A model generated the notes under the pieces. It was not told where the DNA came from. It saw nothing but the letters and a program-made list of their open reading frames with translations, and searched no databases. The position numbers and the translations under genes were made by a program. From the NCBI GenBank assembly GCA_028688055.1, contig JAQTYZ010000003.1, positions 1,191 through 65,190 of the forward strand: a DNA stretch of 64,000 nt, read 5' to 3'. Origin of the DNA: Patescibacteria group bacterium (GTDB lineage: Bacteria; Patescibacteriota; Patescibacteriia; Buchananbacterales; UBA6539). This document shows, piece by piece, positions 17,795-30,000 of this stretch; position 1 is the stretch's first letter, and each line of letters opens with the position of its first letter.

Positions 17795-20626
17795 ATGTTC
17801 AAAAAAATCATTGTCCGGGGTGCGCGAGTTCACAATTTAAAAAATGTTAGTGTTGAAATTCCCAGAGAAAAATTAGTTGTTTTGACTGGTATTTCTGGTT
17901 CCGGTAAATCATCTTTAGCTTTTGATACAATTTATGCCGAAGGGCAACGGCGCTACGTTGAGTCACTTTCAACTTACGCCCGACAATTTTTGGGTTTGAT
18001 GGATAAGCCGGAAGTTGATTCAATCGAAGGTTTGTCACCAGCCATCTCAATTGATCAGCGTTCAGCCTCGTCAAACCCTCGCTCAACGGTCGGCACGGTA
18101 ACGGAGATTTATGATTATCTCCGTTTATTATTTTCCCGCATTGGCCACGTTCATTGTCCAATTTGCAACCGCGAACTGACCCAGAAAAATTCCAGTCAAA
18201 TAATTGCCGACGTTTTTTCTCGAATCAAAGGCAAGGGTGAAGTTCTGATTTTAGCCCCAATCAATAATGATAAAAGTGAAGGCAAAAGTGTTTCGGAAAT
18301 AAAAAAATCAGGTTTTAAACAAATTAGAATCAACGGTCGTTTGCGGGACTTGAATGCCGAACTTATCACCGACCCCGAATTAAATTCGGCCCAAAAGGCC
18401 GAAATTGTTGTTGGCAAATTTACTTTTACGCCAGATAATAAAGAACAGCTAAAAGATGAATTTGGGCGCATTATTGAGTTAGCACTTGATTTAGGAAATG
18501 GGCGGATTGTCATTTTAACCGACGGCCATGAAAGTTTTTTTTCGCAACATTATATTTGTGCGGACTGCGATTATACCTTGACTGAATTAGAGCCCCGAAA
18601 CTTTTCTTTTAACAGTCCGGCTGGCGCTTGCGCCAAATGTTTGGGTTTGGGTACCAGGCTGGAAGTTGACGCCGATCTAGTAATTCCCAATAAGCGTTTA
18701 ACTTTAGCAGAGGGGGCGATTAAGCCGTGGGCAAGAAATTTTTCAAATCAAAATAGTTATTGGAAATTACTTCAGCTGGTTGCCAAGGAAAATACGTTTG
18801 ACGTAAATGTTCCAGTGGCCGAGCTGTCTCCCAAAGCCCTGGAATTAATTTTGCGCGGCACGGGTGGTAAAGAATATTTGGTGGAGTCCGAATCATTGAA
18901 GTTCGCCGGAGTTTTGGCAACGTTAGAAGAAAAATATCAGCAGACAACTTCCGATTATTTGCGACAAGAGATTGAACAATATATGCGAGTTTCAATCTGC
19001 CCTTATTGTCAGGGCAAAAGATTGAAGCCAGCTTTTTTGGCCATTACCGTCGGTGACTTTAATATTTCTGAGATTACCGCCAAAACCATTGAACATAGCC
19101 TGCCTTTTTTTAAAGATTTATTGAGTGACAAAAAAGGCCAAGGTAGCTTGACGACGCGCGACCATAAAATCGCCGATCAAGCGCTTAAGGAAATTATTAA
19201 TCATTTGAAATTTTTAGATGACGTCGGTTTAAGCTATCTGACTTTAGACCGGCCGGCGGCAACCTTGTCGGGTGGTGAAGCGCAACGAATTAGGTTGGCG
19301 ACCCAATTGGGGCTTTCGCTAACTGGCGTTATTTATATTTTAGACGAGCCATCAATTGGCCTTCATCAAAAAGACAACCAGCGCTTGATTGATACGCTAA
19401 AAAATTTACGGGATTTAGGCAATACGGTTTTAGTTGTTGAGCATGATGAAATGACGATGGAAGCCGCTGACGAAATTATTGATATTGGTCCTGGCGCTGG
19501 TGAAAATGGCGGTAAAATTGTCGCCCAAGGCACACCGGCGGAAATTAAAAAAAATAAAAATTCGTTGACCGGTCGTTATTTATCCGGCGCGTCAAAAATT
19601 GCGGAGCCCAAGAATCATCACCAGGGGAACGGAAAATTTATTGAAATTATTGGCGCCACTGAATTTAATTTGAAAAATATTGACGTTAAAATTCCGTTAG
19701 GCAAATTCATTTGTTTGACTGGCGTGTCCGGTTCCGGTAAGTCGACGTTGATGCTGGAAATTTTAGTCAAGGCTTTGGCGCGAAGATTTTATCGCGCCAA
19801 GGATTTACCAGGCCAACATAAAGAAATTAAGGGCATTGAAAATATTGATAAGGTGATCGCGATTGATCAATCGCCAATTGGCCGAACGCCTAGGTCAAAC
19901 CCCGCAACTTACACCGGCGTTTTTACCTATATCCGAGATTTATTTACGGAAACACAGGAAGCGAAATTGCGCGGCTATAAGGCCGGCCGATTTAGCTTTA
20001 ACGCTAAAGCCGGACGCTGTGAATCTTGCGCCGGCGAAGGCTTGGTTAAAATTGAAATGCAATTTTTGCCAGACGTTTATGTCCAATGTGAGGAATGCCA
20101 CGGCCATCGTTATAAAGCGGAGTCGCTGGAAGTTCATTATCAGGGCCGTAATATCGCTGATATTTTAGATATGTCCGTTGAACAAGCGATGAAATTTTTT
20201 CGCCAGCAGCCCATTATTTATAATAAATTAAAAACTTTATTTGAAGTCGGTTTAGGCTATGTGAAGTTGGGACAGCCGGCCACGACTTTGTCGGGCGGTG
20301 AAGCACAACGAGTTAAGTTGGCCACGGAGTTGTCACGGCGGTCGACTGGAAAGACTTTATATATTTTGGATGAGCCGACCACTGGTTTGCATTTTGAAGA
20401 CATTAAACAATTGCTGGAAGTTTTAAACAAGTTGGTTGATAAAGGCAATACGGTTTTGATTATTGAACATAATTTAGATGTTATTAAGTGTGCCGACTGG
20501 GTGATTGATTTAGGTCCGGAAGGTGGCGAAAAGGGCGGTGAAATTGTCGCGCAAGGTACGCCGCGTGATATTGCTAAGGTCAAAAAATCATATACCGCCC
20601 ACTATTTGAAAGATGTTTTAAAATAG
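17795..20626 (+). CDS. uvrA: Excinuclease ABC subunit A
   Basis: GARVHNLKN, two Walker A motifs ([16 protein letters not shown]), LSGGEAQR twice, zinc fingers. Confidence 0.98.
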   Translation: MFKKIIVRGARVHNLKNVSVEIPREKLVVLTGISGSGKSSLAFDTIYAEGQRRYVESLSTYARQFLGLMDKPEVDSIEGLSPAISIDQRSASSNPRSTVGTVTEIYDYLRLLFSRIGHVHCPICNRELTQKNSSQIIADVFSRIKGKGEVLILAPINNDKSEGKSVSEIKKSGFKQIRINGRLRDLNAELITDPELNSAQKAEIVVGKFTFTPDNKEQLKDEFGRIIELALDLGNGRIVILTDGHESFFSQHYICADCDYTLTELEPRNFSFNSPAGACAKCLGLGTRLEVDADLVIPNKRLTLAEGAIKPWARNFSNQNSYWKLLQLVAKENTFDVNVPVAELSPKALELILRGTGGKEYLVESESLKFAGVLATLEEKYQQTTSDYLRQEIEQYMRVSICPYCQGKRLKPAFLAITVGDFNISEITAKTIEHSLPFFKDLLSDKKGQGSLTTRDHKIADQALKEIINHLKFLDDVGLSYLTLDRPAATLSGGEAQRIRLATQLGLSLTGVIYILDEPSIGLHQKDNQRLIDTLKNLRDLGNTVLVVEHDEMTMEAADEIIDIGPGAGENGGKIVAQGTPAEIKKNKNSLTGRYLSGASKIAEPKNHHQGNGKFIEIIGATEFNLKNIDVKIPLGKFICLTGVSGSGKSTLMLEILVKALARRFYRAKDLPGQHKEIKGIENIDKVIAIDQSPIGRTPRSNPATYTGVFTYIRDLFTETQEAKLRGYKAGRFSFNAKAGRCESCAGEGLVKIEMQFLPDVYVQCEECHGHRYKAESLEVHYQGRNIADILDMSVEQAMKFFRQQPIIYNKLKTLFEVGLGYVKLGQPATTLSGGEAQRVKLATELSRRSTGKTLYILDEPTTGLHFEDIKQLLEVLNKLVDKGNTVLIIEHNLDVIKCADWVIDLGPEGGEKGGEIVAQGTPRDIAKVKKSYTAHYLKDVLK

Positions 20627-20634
20627 AATTTTGC

Positions 20635-20672
20635 TTTAAAACAGATTCGCGTTATGTTGAATCTGTTTTAAA
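20635..20672. terminator. Hairpin terminator after uvrA
   Basis: TTTAAAACAGATTC...GAATCTGTTTTAAA perfect 14-bp inverted repeat. Confidence 0.7.
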
Positions 20673-20730
20673 TTACCCTTGAATTAAGGGTGGTTTTGTG
20701 GTAATTTGTATTCATCATTGACTGATATTT

Positions 20731-23193
20731 ATGGCCAAAAAATACGAGCCTAGTAAAATTGAAGCGAAGTGGCAAAAATTTTGGGAAAAAAATAAAACTT
20801 TTGCGGCGTCAGATAAACAGCGTAAGCCTAAATTTTATTGTTTAATTGAATTTCCTTATCCCTCCGGTGAGGGACTCCACGTCGGCCATCCGCGCCCTTA
20901 TACCGCTTTAGATATTTTAGCGCGCAAGCGTCGGATGCAAGGTTATAATGTTTTATACCCAATCGGTTTTGACGCTTTTGGTTTGCCATCAGAAAATTAC
21001 GCGATTAAAACTGGCATCCACCCGTCTGTTATCACCAAAAAAAATATTGCCACTTTTACTAAGCAACTCAAATCACTTGGTTTTTCTTTCGATTGGGATC
21101 GTGTGATAACTACCACTGACCCGGCCTATTACAAGTGGACGCAATGGATATTTTTGCAAATGTTTAAAAATGGCCTAGCCTATAAGGCTAAGATGACCAT
21201 TAATTGGTGTCCCTCGTGTAAAATCGGCTTAGCCAACGAAGAGGTAATTGACGGCAAGTGCGAACGGTGTGGCACGTCAGTTGAAAAAAAAGAGAAAGAG
21301 CAATGGATGTTAAAAATTACCAAGTATGCCGACCGCTTGATTAATGATTTGGCCGACGTTGATTATTCGGAAAAAATTAAAATTCAGCAAATTAATTGGA
21401 TTGGTCGGAGCGAAGGTATTAACTTTAAAGAAAAAGTTAAGGATTTAGACCTTGAATTTGAAGTTTATGATTCAATTCCGCAAACTTTTTTAGCTCAAAC
21501 GTTTACCGTGATAGCCCCGGAACATCCACTGGTCCAAAAATTAATTGCCGGGACTAAATATGAAACGCCGGTTAAGGAATTTGTCGCAAGAATTAAGAGC
21601 CGTAAGGCAGCCAATCGATTTGTAATCGAAAAAGAGCTGGAGGGTATTTTTACCGGAAGATACGTTGCTAATCCGTTTGGTACTGGTGATTTGCCGATTT
21701 GGGTTGCCAGTTATGTTTTGGCTGACTATGGTACCGGCATCGTTAATTGCAGTGCTCATGATGAGCGTGATTTTGCCTTTGCTAAAAAATATGACCTGCC
21801 TTTAAAAATTGCCTTATTACCAACTGATAAAGATCATGCGGAAAAAGTTAAAAGTCTAGCAGAATTTTATCGAGCGCCTGATGGTGTTATCCAAGAACCG
21901 CTAGAATTTAAGGGGTTACGTTGGGATGAAGCTCGTGAACCGATAATTAAATACATTGAGAGTAAGGGCTATGGTCGGCGGGCGGTTAACTATAAAATTC
22001 GTGACTGGGTTTTTTCGCGCCAGCGTTATTGGGGTGAACCAATCCCGATGGTTTATTGTGAAAATTGTAAAGCCACCGGTGCGTCGGCCACAGGCTGGAT
22101 TCCAGTACCGGAAAATGATTTACCGGTCCAGTTGCCGAACGTCGAAAAATATGAGCCCTCTGACAGCGGCGAATCGCCTTTGGCGGCGATCAGCGCTTGG
22201 GTCAATATTAAGTGTCCGGTTTGTAACGCCAAGGCCAGACGCGAAACTGATACGATGCCAAATTGGGCCGGCTCTAACTGGTATTTTTTGCGTTATATTG
22301 ATCCAAAAAATCGGAAGCATTTAGCGGATCCAAAAAAACTTGGCTATTGGCTAACGGTTGATTGGTATAATGGCGGTATGGAACACACCACTCTTCATTT
22401 ATTATATTCACGCTTTGTTTACAAATTTTTGTATGATATTAAGGCCGTGCCTAAAGCCAAGGGTCCAGAGCCTTATGCCAAGCGAACGTCACACGGTTTA
22501 ATTTTAGGCGCTGGTGGTGAAAAAATGTCTAAATCAAGAGGCAATGTCGTTAATCCTGATGAGGTTGTTAAAGCCCAGGGCGCCGATACTTTACGTTTGT
22601 ATGAGATGTTTATGGGGCCATTTGAACAGGCTATTCCTTGGGATGCTCAAGGGGTTATGGGGGTCAGGCGTTTTATCGAAAAAGTTTGGAATATTTATCA
22701 GGGCCAAGTCAAAATTGAAAAAAAATGTTCGGAAGCATTGATAACCTTGACGCATCAAACAATTAAAAAAGTCACTGATGATATTGAATCGCAAGACTAC
22801 AACACGGCCGTTTCGGCTCTGATGATTTTAACCAATAAAATTAGCGACGAAAAAATAATGAATAAATTTGTCGCTGTCGCGTTGGTAAAATTATTAGCCG
22901 TTTTTGCGCCTCACGTTGGCGAAGAGCTTTGGCAAATGCTGGGCAATAAAAAATCAATTTTAGCCGCGGCTTGGCCGGAGTACGATGAGGCTAAGTTGCT
23001 AAATAAAAACACTAATTTGGTAATACAGGTCAATGGTAAAGTGCGGGATATGATCTTGGTTAGGGCCGACCTTACTGAGCAGGAAGCGGAAAAACTGGCC
23101 AAGCAAAGTGAAAAAGTTTTAAAGTTTATTGAGAACAAAAAAATTGTTAATACCATCTTTGTTCCGGGGAAATTAATTAATTTGGTTATCTAG
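20731..23193 (+). CDS. leuS: Leucine--tRNA ligase
   Basis: Motifs FPYPSGEGLHVGH, DWVFSRQRYWGEPIP, RETDTM, KMSKS, QVNGKVR. Confidence 0.97.
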   Translation: MAKKYEPSKIEAKWQKFWEKNKTFAASDKQRKPKFYCLIEFPYPSGEGLHVGHPRPYTALDILARKRRMQGYNVLYPIGFDAFGLPSENYAIKTGIHPSVITKKNIATFTKQLKSLGFSFDWDRVITTTDPAYYKWTQWIFLQMFKNGLAYKAKMTINWCPSCKIGLANEEVIDGKCERCGTSVEKKEKEQWMLKITKYADRLINDLADVDYSEKIKIQQINWIGRSEGINFKEKVKDLDLEFEVYDSIPQTFLAQTFTVIAPEHPLVQKLIAGTKYETPVKEFVARIKSRKAANRFVIEKELEGIFTGRYVANPFGTGDLPIWVASYVLADYGTGIVNCSAHDERDFAFAKKYDLPLKIALLPTDKDHAEKVKSLAEFYRAPDGVIQEPLEFKGLRWDEAREPIIKYIESKGYGRRAVNYKIRDWVFSRQRYWGEPIPMVYCENCKATGASATGWIPVPENDLPVQLPNVEKYEPSDSGESPLAAISAWVNIKCPVCNAKARRETDTMPNWAGSNWYFLRYIDPKNRKHLADPKKLGYWLTVDWYNGGMEHTTLHLLYSRFVYKFLYDIKAVPKAKGPEPYAKRTSHGLILGAGGEKMSKSRGNVVNPDEVVKAQGADTLRLYEMFMGPFEQAIPWDAQGVMGVRRFIEKVWNIYQGQVKIEKKCSEALITLTHQTIKKVTDDIESQDYNTAVSALMILTNKISDEKIMNKFVAVALVKLLAVFAPHVGEELWQMLGNKKSILAAAWPEYDEAKLLNKNTNLVIQVNGKVRDMILVRADLTEQEAEKLAKQSEKVLKFIENKKIVNTIFVPGKLINLVI

Positions 23194-23197
23194 ATTT

Positions 23198-24214
23198 ATG
23201 CAAATTGTCCACGCGACTGACGAACTTAAAGATCATTGGGATAATTTTGTCAAAAATACCTCCCCTGATGGCGGTCTCTTACAATCGTGGGGGTGGGGTG
23301 ATTTTCAAAAATCTTTGGATAACAAAATTTATCGCTTGGCGGCGCTTGATGGTCTGGGTCAGCTGCAAGCGGTGACGTTGCTGATCAAACACGATTTACA
23401 TTTTGAATATAATTATTTATATTGTCCGCGGGGTCCGTTGGTTAATACCTTGAAAGTTGACGACTTAACCGCCCTGTTTAACGAAATTAGAAAAGTTGCT
23501 AAAGACGAAAAAAGTTTTTCGTTGCGGGTTGACCCGCCCTGGTTAATTGGCAATGAGGCGCGACTAACCGATTACGGTTTTCGCAAGGCGGAAAATGAGG
23601 TTCAGCCAAAGTGTTCTTTGGTTCTTGATATCAGTAAAAGTGAAGCTGAAATATTAGCTTCGATGAAGCAAAAAACCCGCTATAATATTGGGTTGGCGCA
23701 GCGGCACGGGGTGAAGGTTAAGGTTAGTAGTGAAATATCTGATATTGAAACTTTTTGGCAATTGATCAAACAAACTTCCGGGCGTGATGGTTTTAAACCT
23801 CATGCTAAAGAGCACTACAAAAAAATGCTTGAGGCCTTTGCCAAGACTGGGACGATTAAATTATTTATGGCTGAATATCAGAATAAAATTATTGCCGTTA
23901 ATATGGTGTCATATTTTGGCAATGTGGCAACTTATCTTCACGGATCTTCATCGGATATTTATCGCGAAGTGATGTCGCCTTATCTATTGCAATGGCAGGC
24001 AATTATTGAAGCCAAAAAAGTTGGCTGTCAGCTTTATGATTTTGGGGGCGTGAACGGCCGGTCGTTTCATAATAAAATGTGGCAAGGAATCACCCGCTTT
24101 AAATTAGGTTTTGCCGACGAAGCTTCGGTTCGGGAATATATTGGCAGTTATGATCTAGTTATTAACCCGGTCATTTTTTCCGTTTATAAGTTTGTCAAAC
24201 AAATTAGGGGCTAA
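23198..24214 (+). CDS. FemAB/FemX-family lipid II:amino acid transferase
   Basis: Motifs LQSWGWGDF, YCPRGP, MKQKTRYNI, YLLQWQAI, YDFGG, GITRFKLGF. Confidence 0.92.
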   Translation: MQIVHATDELKDHWDNFVKNTSPDGGLLQSWGWGDFQKSLDNKIYRLAALDGLGQLQAVTLLIKHDLHFEYNYLYCPRGPLVNTLKVDDLTALFNEIRKVAKDEKSFSLRVDPPWLIGNEARLTDYGFRKAENEVQPKCSLVLDISKSEAEILASMKQKTRYNIGLAQRHGVKVKVSSEISDIETFWQLIKQTSGRDGFKPHAKEHYKKMLEAFAKTGTIKLFMAEYQNKIIAVNMVSYFGNVATYLHGSSSDIYREVMSPYLLQWQAIIEAKKVGCQLYDFGGVNGRSFHNKMWQGITRFKLGFADEASVREYIGSYDLVINPVIFSVYKFVKQIRG

Positions 24215-24226
24215 GAAATCCAAGCT

Positions 24227-24793
24227 ATGGAAATTGTTAAGACGTCAGCTAGTGATATCAGACAAGCGGTTAAAATTTTAAAAACGGGGGGCGTTATTAT
24301 TTTTCCAACCGATACGGCTTACGCCATTGGCGGTATTTTTAATTCACCAAACGTTATTAAGCAAGTTTTAGAAATAAAAAAAAGGACTGATCAAAAATTT
24401 ACCGTTGTGGCGTCTGATCTTAGTCAAGTTAAGAAATTTTTCAAGCTTAATCAGCAAGCCTTGGAGCTCGGTGGGAAATATTGGCCCGGCCCTTTATCAA
24501 TCGCCGTGGGAAATAAATACGCTGTGCGAGTGCCAGCTAATAAGGTAGCGCGCCGGCTAGCCAAACTGGCCGCGACGCCATTAATTGCCAGTTCCGCTAA
24601 TATTTCCGGTAGTAAAACTTTGTATGACCCGCGGAAGGTGCTTGATTGGTTTAAGGACAAAAAAAATCAGCCTGAGCTGATGATTGACGCGGGTCAGTTA
24701 AAGGCCAATCCAGTTTCGACCATTATCGCGGTTAAAAAAGATAAAATTTTAGTTTTAAGATCGGGCCAAATAAAATTATCGGCCAAAACCTAA
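24227..24793 (+). CDS. tsaC: L-threonylcarbamoyladenylate synthase (YrdC/Sua5)
   Basis: Motifs IFPTDTAYAIG, YWPGPLS, AVRVP, SSANISG. Confidence 0.9.
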   Translation: MEIVKTSASDIRQAVKILKTGGVIIFPTDTAYAIGGIFNSPNVIKQVLEIKKRTDQKFTVVASDLSQVKKFFKLNQQALELGGKYWPGPLSIAVGNKYAVRVPANKVARRLAKLAATPLIASSANISGSKTLYDPRKVLDWFKDKKNQPELMIDAGQLKANPVSTIIAVKKDKILVLRSGQIKLSAKT

Positions 24794-25180
24794 GCCAACT
24801 TTGAACGGTGAGTACATACTGGTGCCGTTGCCCAGCAGTAAGCGTCCGGGGCTGGGGATGCCGGTCATAAAGGGAAATCCGACCGGGGCGCAGAGGACCG
24901 ATTCTCGATGTGATCCATAAGGCGTAATGATTGTTTGTGACCAAGCTGGCGCTGGCGGAGTGCAGGGAGCGGAAACACAGCCACAACTTCCACAGGGACA
25001 GGCGACGCCAGTACAAACATCGGGTACGGGAGTGGCCATGGTGCAGCCAGGTATATAACTGGTGATTCGGCCGCCGAGATAATAAGGTGAGTAGGCTTGA
25101 ACGGATATTGCCAAAGCAAAAATTGACGCCACAATCGCCAAAATTATCAATGCTAAGCCAAGATGAATTTTTCGATGCAT
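24776..25180 (-). CDS. Small secreted Cys/Pro-rich hypothetical protein (~134 aa)
   Basis: GAAGGA RBS before ATG at 25180; signal peptide ending VQA; LGGRI...C...CTGVACPCGSCGC. Confidence 0.65.
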   Translation of the reverse strand: MHRKIHLGLALIILAIVASIFALAISVQAYSPYYLGGRITSYIPGCTMATPVPDVCTGVACPCGSCGCVSAPCTPPAPAWSQTIITPYGSHRESVLCAPVGFPFMTGIPSPGRLLLGNGTSMYSPFKVGLGFGR

Positions 25181-25240
25181 AATTCCTTCAAGGTAGATCA
25201 TAATAAAATTATAACACTTTTTACCTTTTTAGACATCAAG

Positions 25241-26095
25241 ATGGAAGAAATATTAAAAAAAATTAAAATAATCCTGCAAACATATGATCTTAAGCCCGAC
25301 CATAGCAAGGGCCAAAATTTTTTAATAAACTCAGCCATTATTAATGACATTATAGCGGCGGCTAATTTAAAAAAAACGGATTTAGTTTTAGAAGTCGGTC
25401 CGGGCTTAGGAATTTTGACTGAAGCGCTAATAACCAATGCTAAAAAAGTTGTCAGTGTCGAATTAGACAAGAAATTAATCGCTTTTTTAAAGTTGAAATT
25501 CAGCGGAGCGGATAATTTTACGTTGGTTGAAAATGATATCTTGCAATATGATCCGACTGGCGACTTTAAAACCAGTGACTACCGGATTGTTGCTAATTTA
25601 CCATATAATATTACCTCAATTTTTTTGCGCCGTTATTTATCAATTGAAGCTAGACCAACGGCAATGGTTTTGATGTTGCAAAAAGAAGTCGCCCAAAGAA
25701 TTTGTGCCGTGTTGGGCAAGACAAGTTTACTGTCGTTGTCCGTTCAATTGTATGCCGAGCCAAAAATTTATCAGCTAATTGAAAAAAATAATTTTTGGCC
25801 GAAGCCAGCGGTTGACTCAGCGATCTTAGTTATTGACAAAATTAAAAAAAAGTTGGAAGTGGATAAGTTTTTAGGTGATGTTAGTGAAGAATTTTTTTGG
25901 CGGGTGGCCAAAATTGGTTTCTCGGCGAGACGAAAACAACTACATAATAATTTAGCAAATGGTTTTAGAATTTCGCCCGATGATGCAAAAAAAATGCTTA
26001 TTAAAGCCAATTTATCAGAACAAATTAGAGCCCAAGATTTGTCGATACTTGATTGGTTAGCAATTGCTAAACAGTTGGCTGTTTTTATTAAATAA
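25241..26095 (+). CDS. rsmA: 16S rRNA m6,2A1518/1519 dimethyltransferase
   Basis: Motifs GQNFL, VLEVGPGLG, VANLPYNIT, MLQKEVAQR, PKPAVDS; start likely ATG at 25241. Confidence 0.96.
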   Translation: MEEILKKIKIILQTYDLKPDHSKGQNFLINSAIINDIIAAANLKKTDLVLEVGPGLGILTEALITNAKKVVSVELDKKLIAFLKLKFSGADNFTLVENDILQYDPTGDFKTSDYRIVANLPYNITSIFLRRYLSIEARPTAMVLMLQKEVAQRICAVLGKTSLLSLSVQLYAEPKIYQLIEKNNFWPKPAVDSAILVIDKIKKKLEVDKFLGDVSEEFFWRVAKIGFSARRKQLHNNLANGFRISPDDAKKMLIKANLSEQIRAQDLSILDWLAIAKQLAVFIK

Positions 26096-26110
26096 AAGTG
26101 ATTTTTTTCC

Positions 26111-26140
26111 TTGCACCACGTGACCATTTTCTGCTATAAT
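26111..26140 (+). promoter_or_regulatory. Promoter for the giant-protein/T4SS-like operon
   Basis: TTGCAC-18 nt-TATAAT with TG extended -10. Confidence 0.65.
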
Positions 26141-26202
26141 ATTGATAACTTCCGGCAAATGGAGGTAGTAATCTATCAGCCTAATTTTTAGGAAAATAAA
26201 TA

Positions 26203-27030
26203 ATGGCCTCCCCGGTCAAACAACCTGATAATCTTAATGTTTTAGAAGAGATTTATCATGAGGTCGACTCAAAAAATGCGCCAAAAAAATCCGTTCATGA
26301 CAGCATTATTGGCTATCTTAAAGAGAATCCGAAACGAGTCGATGGTTTTTTGTCACTGGTGGTTATTTTTTTTGGCTTAGTGGCGATTATTTGGGGTTGG
26401 AGTCGATTCCAATATGGTCTGATCAGTTATCGATTGCCAAAGCCGGGGGATGCGGTAAAACTTTTGACCGCAAGCCAGCCGCCACCCCAAGATTTATTGG
26501 GTTTGAAAGGAAAAGATACGGATAATGATGGGCTGTCAGACTATGATGAAATTTATATTTATGGTACTAGTCCCTACCTGCCCGATAGCGACTCCGATGG
26601 CATTCCGGATAAGACGGAAATTGCTAATCACACTGATCCAACCTGCGCGTTAAATAATAACTGTTTTTCCCTGACAGCCCTAAACGCTGTTAATCCGGCT
26701 GACCGTAGTGACGCAACTAGTTTAACTTTTGACGCCAAAACCGAGACGATCAAGCTGCGCCAAGCCTTGTTAAATTCAGGTATGAGTCAATCAGACTTGG
26801 ACCAATTGAATGACGCTGATTTATTGGCGGCTTACAATGAAGTTATTGCCGGACAGGCTGGTTCGACGACGGCAACAATCCCTAGTAATGTTGAAGATTT
26901 AACACCAGATCAAATTAGAGCCGTGTTAAAAACGGCCGGCGTTAGCGATAGTGTTTTAAAAAATATTTCGGACAGCGATTTAATGAGTTTAGTTAAACAG
27001 CTGCCAACGTCAACACCGCCCACTAACTAG
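26203..27030 (+). CDS. Membrane-anchored protein with thrombospondin type 3-like Ca-binding repeats
   Basis: Single TM; DTDNDGLSDYDE...GTSP...DSDSDGIPDKTE; two C-terminal helical repeats. Confidence 0.8.
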   Translation: MASPVKQPDNLNVLEEIYHEVDSKNAPKKSVHDSIIGYLKENPKRVDGFLSLVVIFFGLVAIIWGWSRFQYGLISYRLPKPGDAVKLLTASQPPPQDLLGLKGKDTDNDGLSDYDEIYIYGTSPYLPDSDSDGIPDKTEIANHTDPTCALNNNCFSLTALNAVNPADRSDATSLTFDAKTETIKLRQALLNSGMSQSDLDQLNDADLLAAYNEVIAGQAGSTTATIPSNVEDLTPDQIRAVLKTAGVSDSVLKNISDSDLMSLVKQLPTSTPPTN

Positions 27031-27035
27031 CTTCA

Positions 27036-30000
27036 ATGCCAAAAATTAATATTTTTTCAAAAATAATTTCAGTCGGCCAAAAGTTATTTTTTGTTTGGTC
27101 ACAAAAAACTTTGACGGTTTTGGTCATTTTTAATATGTTGGCGACATCATTGGCACCAGCCTTGGCTTATCCGGTAACAGTTGATACCTCAAGTCTACAG
27201 CCGTTAGCTAGTGCGGTTGGTAATGCCTTTTTAAAATTGACCTTGACCGACGTTGCCCACGCTCAGCCATACGCCAGTGGGTATGTTATGCCGGCTAACC
27301 CGATGTCGATAATAGTCAGTGATGATTTTACTCATACTAACCTAATTTATAATGAAACAGCGGCTGAGGCTCGCAGTGCGGCCCAGATCGCTTTAGACAA
27401 AGCAACTCAAGGCTTGAAGGAATCAGCTTTTTTGGCGGCCAATCAGACTTTGAATGCGATGATTAATAGTTTTGCCTATGATGTTGCGACTTGGTTAGCT
27501 AGTGGCGGCAAGGGCCAGCAGCCAATGTTTTTTAACCAAGGCTGGGGTGAATATATGAAATCGTTGGTTGATGACGCGGCGGGAAATTTTATTGAGTCAT
27601 TGGCTGGTAATTGGTTAGACTTTAATGTTTGTGAGCCGATTAATCCTTCGTTAAAAATCAGTATCGGTCTAGGCTTGTCCGATCTGCAGCGGCCGCGGAA
27701 GCCCCAATGTAGTTTAAGTGATATGGTTCATAACTGGAGCTCATTGATTAACGATAAGAATTTTTTGAATCGCTTTGATGTTATCTATGATCCTGATCAA
27801 AATGATATCGGCATCGCTTTTAGTATTTTTAATAAATATAACCAGGAAATTTCCGACGAGCTTGACCAGGGCATAAAAGATCGAACTGAAGGCGGTGGTT
27901 TTAAGGCGGTGGTGGCAAAAATTTCCAAAGCGATTAAAACGCCGTCGTCGTTGGTTTTTTCGCAGGCGACTCGATTGACATCAGAACAGATTGACCAATC
28001 AGACAAAAAGGTTCAGTTTGGACCAATCGTCCTCAACGCGGTTGATACTTTTGTTAGCACGTTAATCGGCAAGCTGTTCCAGCGTTTGTTTAAAGAAGGT
28101 TTAGCCGGTGACTCAACGTCAAATAATCCGTCGGCCAGCGGTTATGGTGCTAACTTATTAAGCAGTTTGCTAGGTAAGTTGGGCCAGAATAATAATGATT
28201 TATATAGTGCCAACCAGACTAGTCTCCAGGGGCAGTCCTCGGCCCAAGTGCGTTTCCTTGATTTATTGACGACTGGCAATAATGATAGTAAGCCGATGGA
28301 TGTTTTGACTAAATTGACTTTTTGTCCTGATCCAAAAAATCCGGGACCGGACGAATGTGTTATTTTGCCGTCTTTTGCGCAAGCCGTTCAACAGGGGATG
28401 ACCTTAGCCGAAGCGATTAATCGCGGTTTAATTGACGGCAATGCGCCTTTTGGTCGACAAAGCAATGATCCAACCGCCCTTTATAGTGGCTTGCCGTACC
28501 GGAGTGTTGTTATTTTAAGAACTTATCGAATTGTGCCGGTAAGCTGGGAAGTCGCCGCTAAGGCAATCAATAAATTCGATGGCGGTAAAAATATTAGCTT
28601 GAATGATTTAATTGCTCAATATCAAGATCCGACGGCTGAATATTATGATTTGGTTAACCCGAATTGGGTGCTGGTGGCGCCGGATCATTTGTGTAAGGAA
28701 ACCGGTTTTGGTCCAAAAATTTTATATAACGAAAGTGTTAATGGTTTTGACGCCAATCAAAATGGAAGTTTTAATGATACCGGTGATATTCAGCCTAATC
28801 GCTTAATCGGTCGGGCTGAATATTGTGCTGACTATCAGTCCTGCATTCAAAAAAATGATGATGGTTCCTGCCAGTATTATGGTTATTGTGCTGAAGAGCG
28901 GCCGGTTTGGGATTTTAGTGGTGGTAGTTGCAAGCCTTATTATAATACTTGTCAAACTTTTCAGGCGCCAGCAGGCGATACCGTTAGTTATTTAAAGAAT
29001 AGCTTAAACTATAACGGGTGTAGCGCTGATAATGCCGGTTGTCAGTGGTACTGTCAGATTTTAAATCCAATTAATAATGTTTGGACTTGCCAGAATCAGA
29101 CGGAGCGGGTGCTGAAGGCCTGTTCTCAGAATGGCGGCTGTAGTGTTGCGGCAACTTGTACTTTAAGTCAAGGTGAGACAGCTTGTACCGATGCTAACTC
29201 GTCAGTTAATCTAACGATCGCTTCAGCTTGTGACTCTGGTTCGCGGTGGTGGAACGATGCCACTAGCAAGTGTGATGTTGATAGTGCTTGTACTATTGAA
29301 AAAGGGGCGGTCAGTTGTTCAACGGACAGTTGCTTTGAACAAGCCAATCTGTTAGCTAATGGCAGTTTCGAAACCCCGGCGGCCAACCCCGGCGGCTTGG
29401 CTAGCGGCTGGACCACCGACAGTGGAACTTTGGATTTTTTTGATCGGGTTAGTGGGGCCACGGAAAAAATTTACGATGGAAAGAGCAGTATTAGGTTTTA
29501 TACCGCCGGTCAGTTAATCGGCGCTGGCGACGTTAAATCAATTACCTCAAGTTCGTTAGCTTTAGCGACTTCTGGAACCTACACTTTTTCCGCTCGCGTT
29601 TACAGCAAGTTAAATGCCGGCAACATTACTTTGTCAGTTTATGACAGTAGCGGTCAGATTGCCTCGCGGGTGATTAGCGATAAAAATCGTTGGCAAATTG
29701 TTAGTTTTGATTTTACTACCAGCCAAGGTTCAGTTTGGGTCGTCGCTAGCATTGCCAGTCAAGGAACATTTTTAAGCGGCACGGCTTGGTTTGACGATTT
29801 CCGAATTACGCCCAGCTGTGTGATTAATCCGGTCACGCTGAATTTAGTTGGAACAGTTGAGCAAAATGAAAGCAAAATTCATTTGGATCGCGATGCTTCA
29901 GATTGTCCGTCGGAGGCGGCCGGCTGTTCGCAATTTATTAGAACCATTCCAAATTCGGGGACCAATATTGTTGATAATTCCAGCTTTGAGGATTGGCCAA

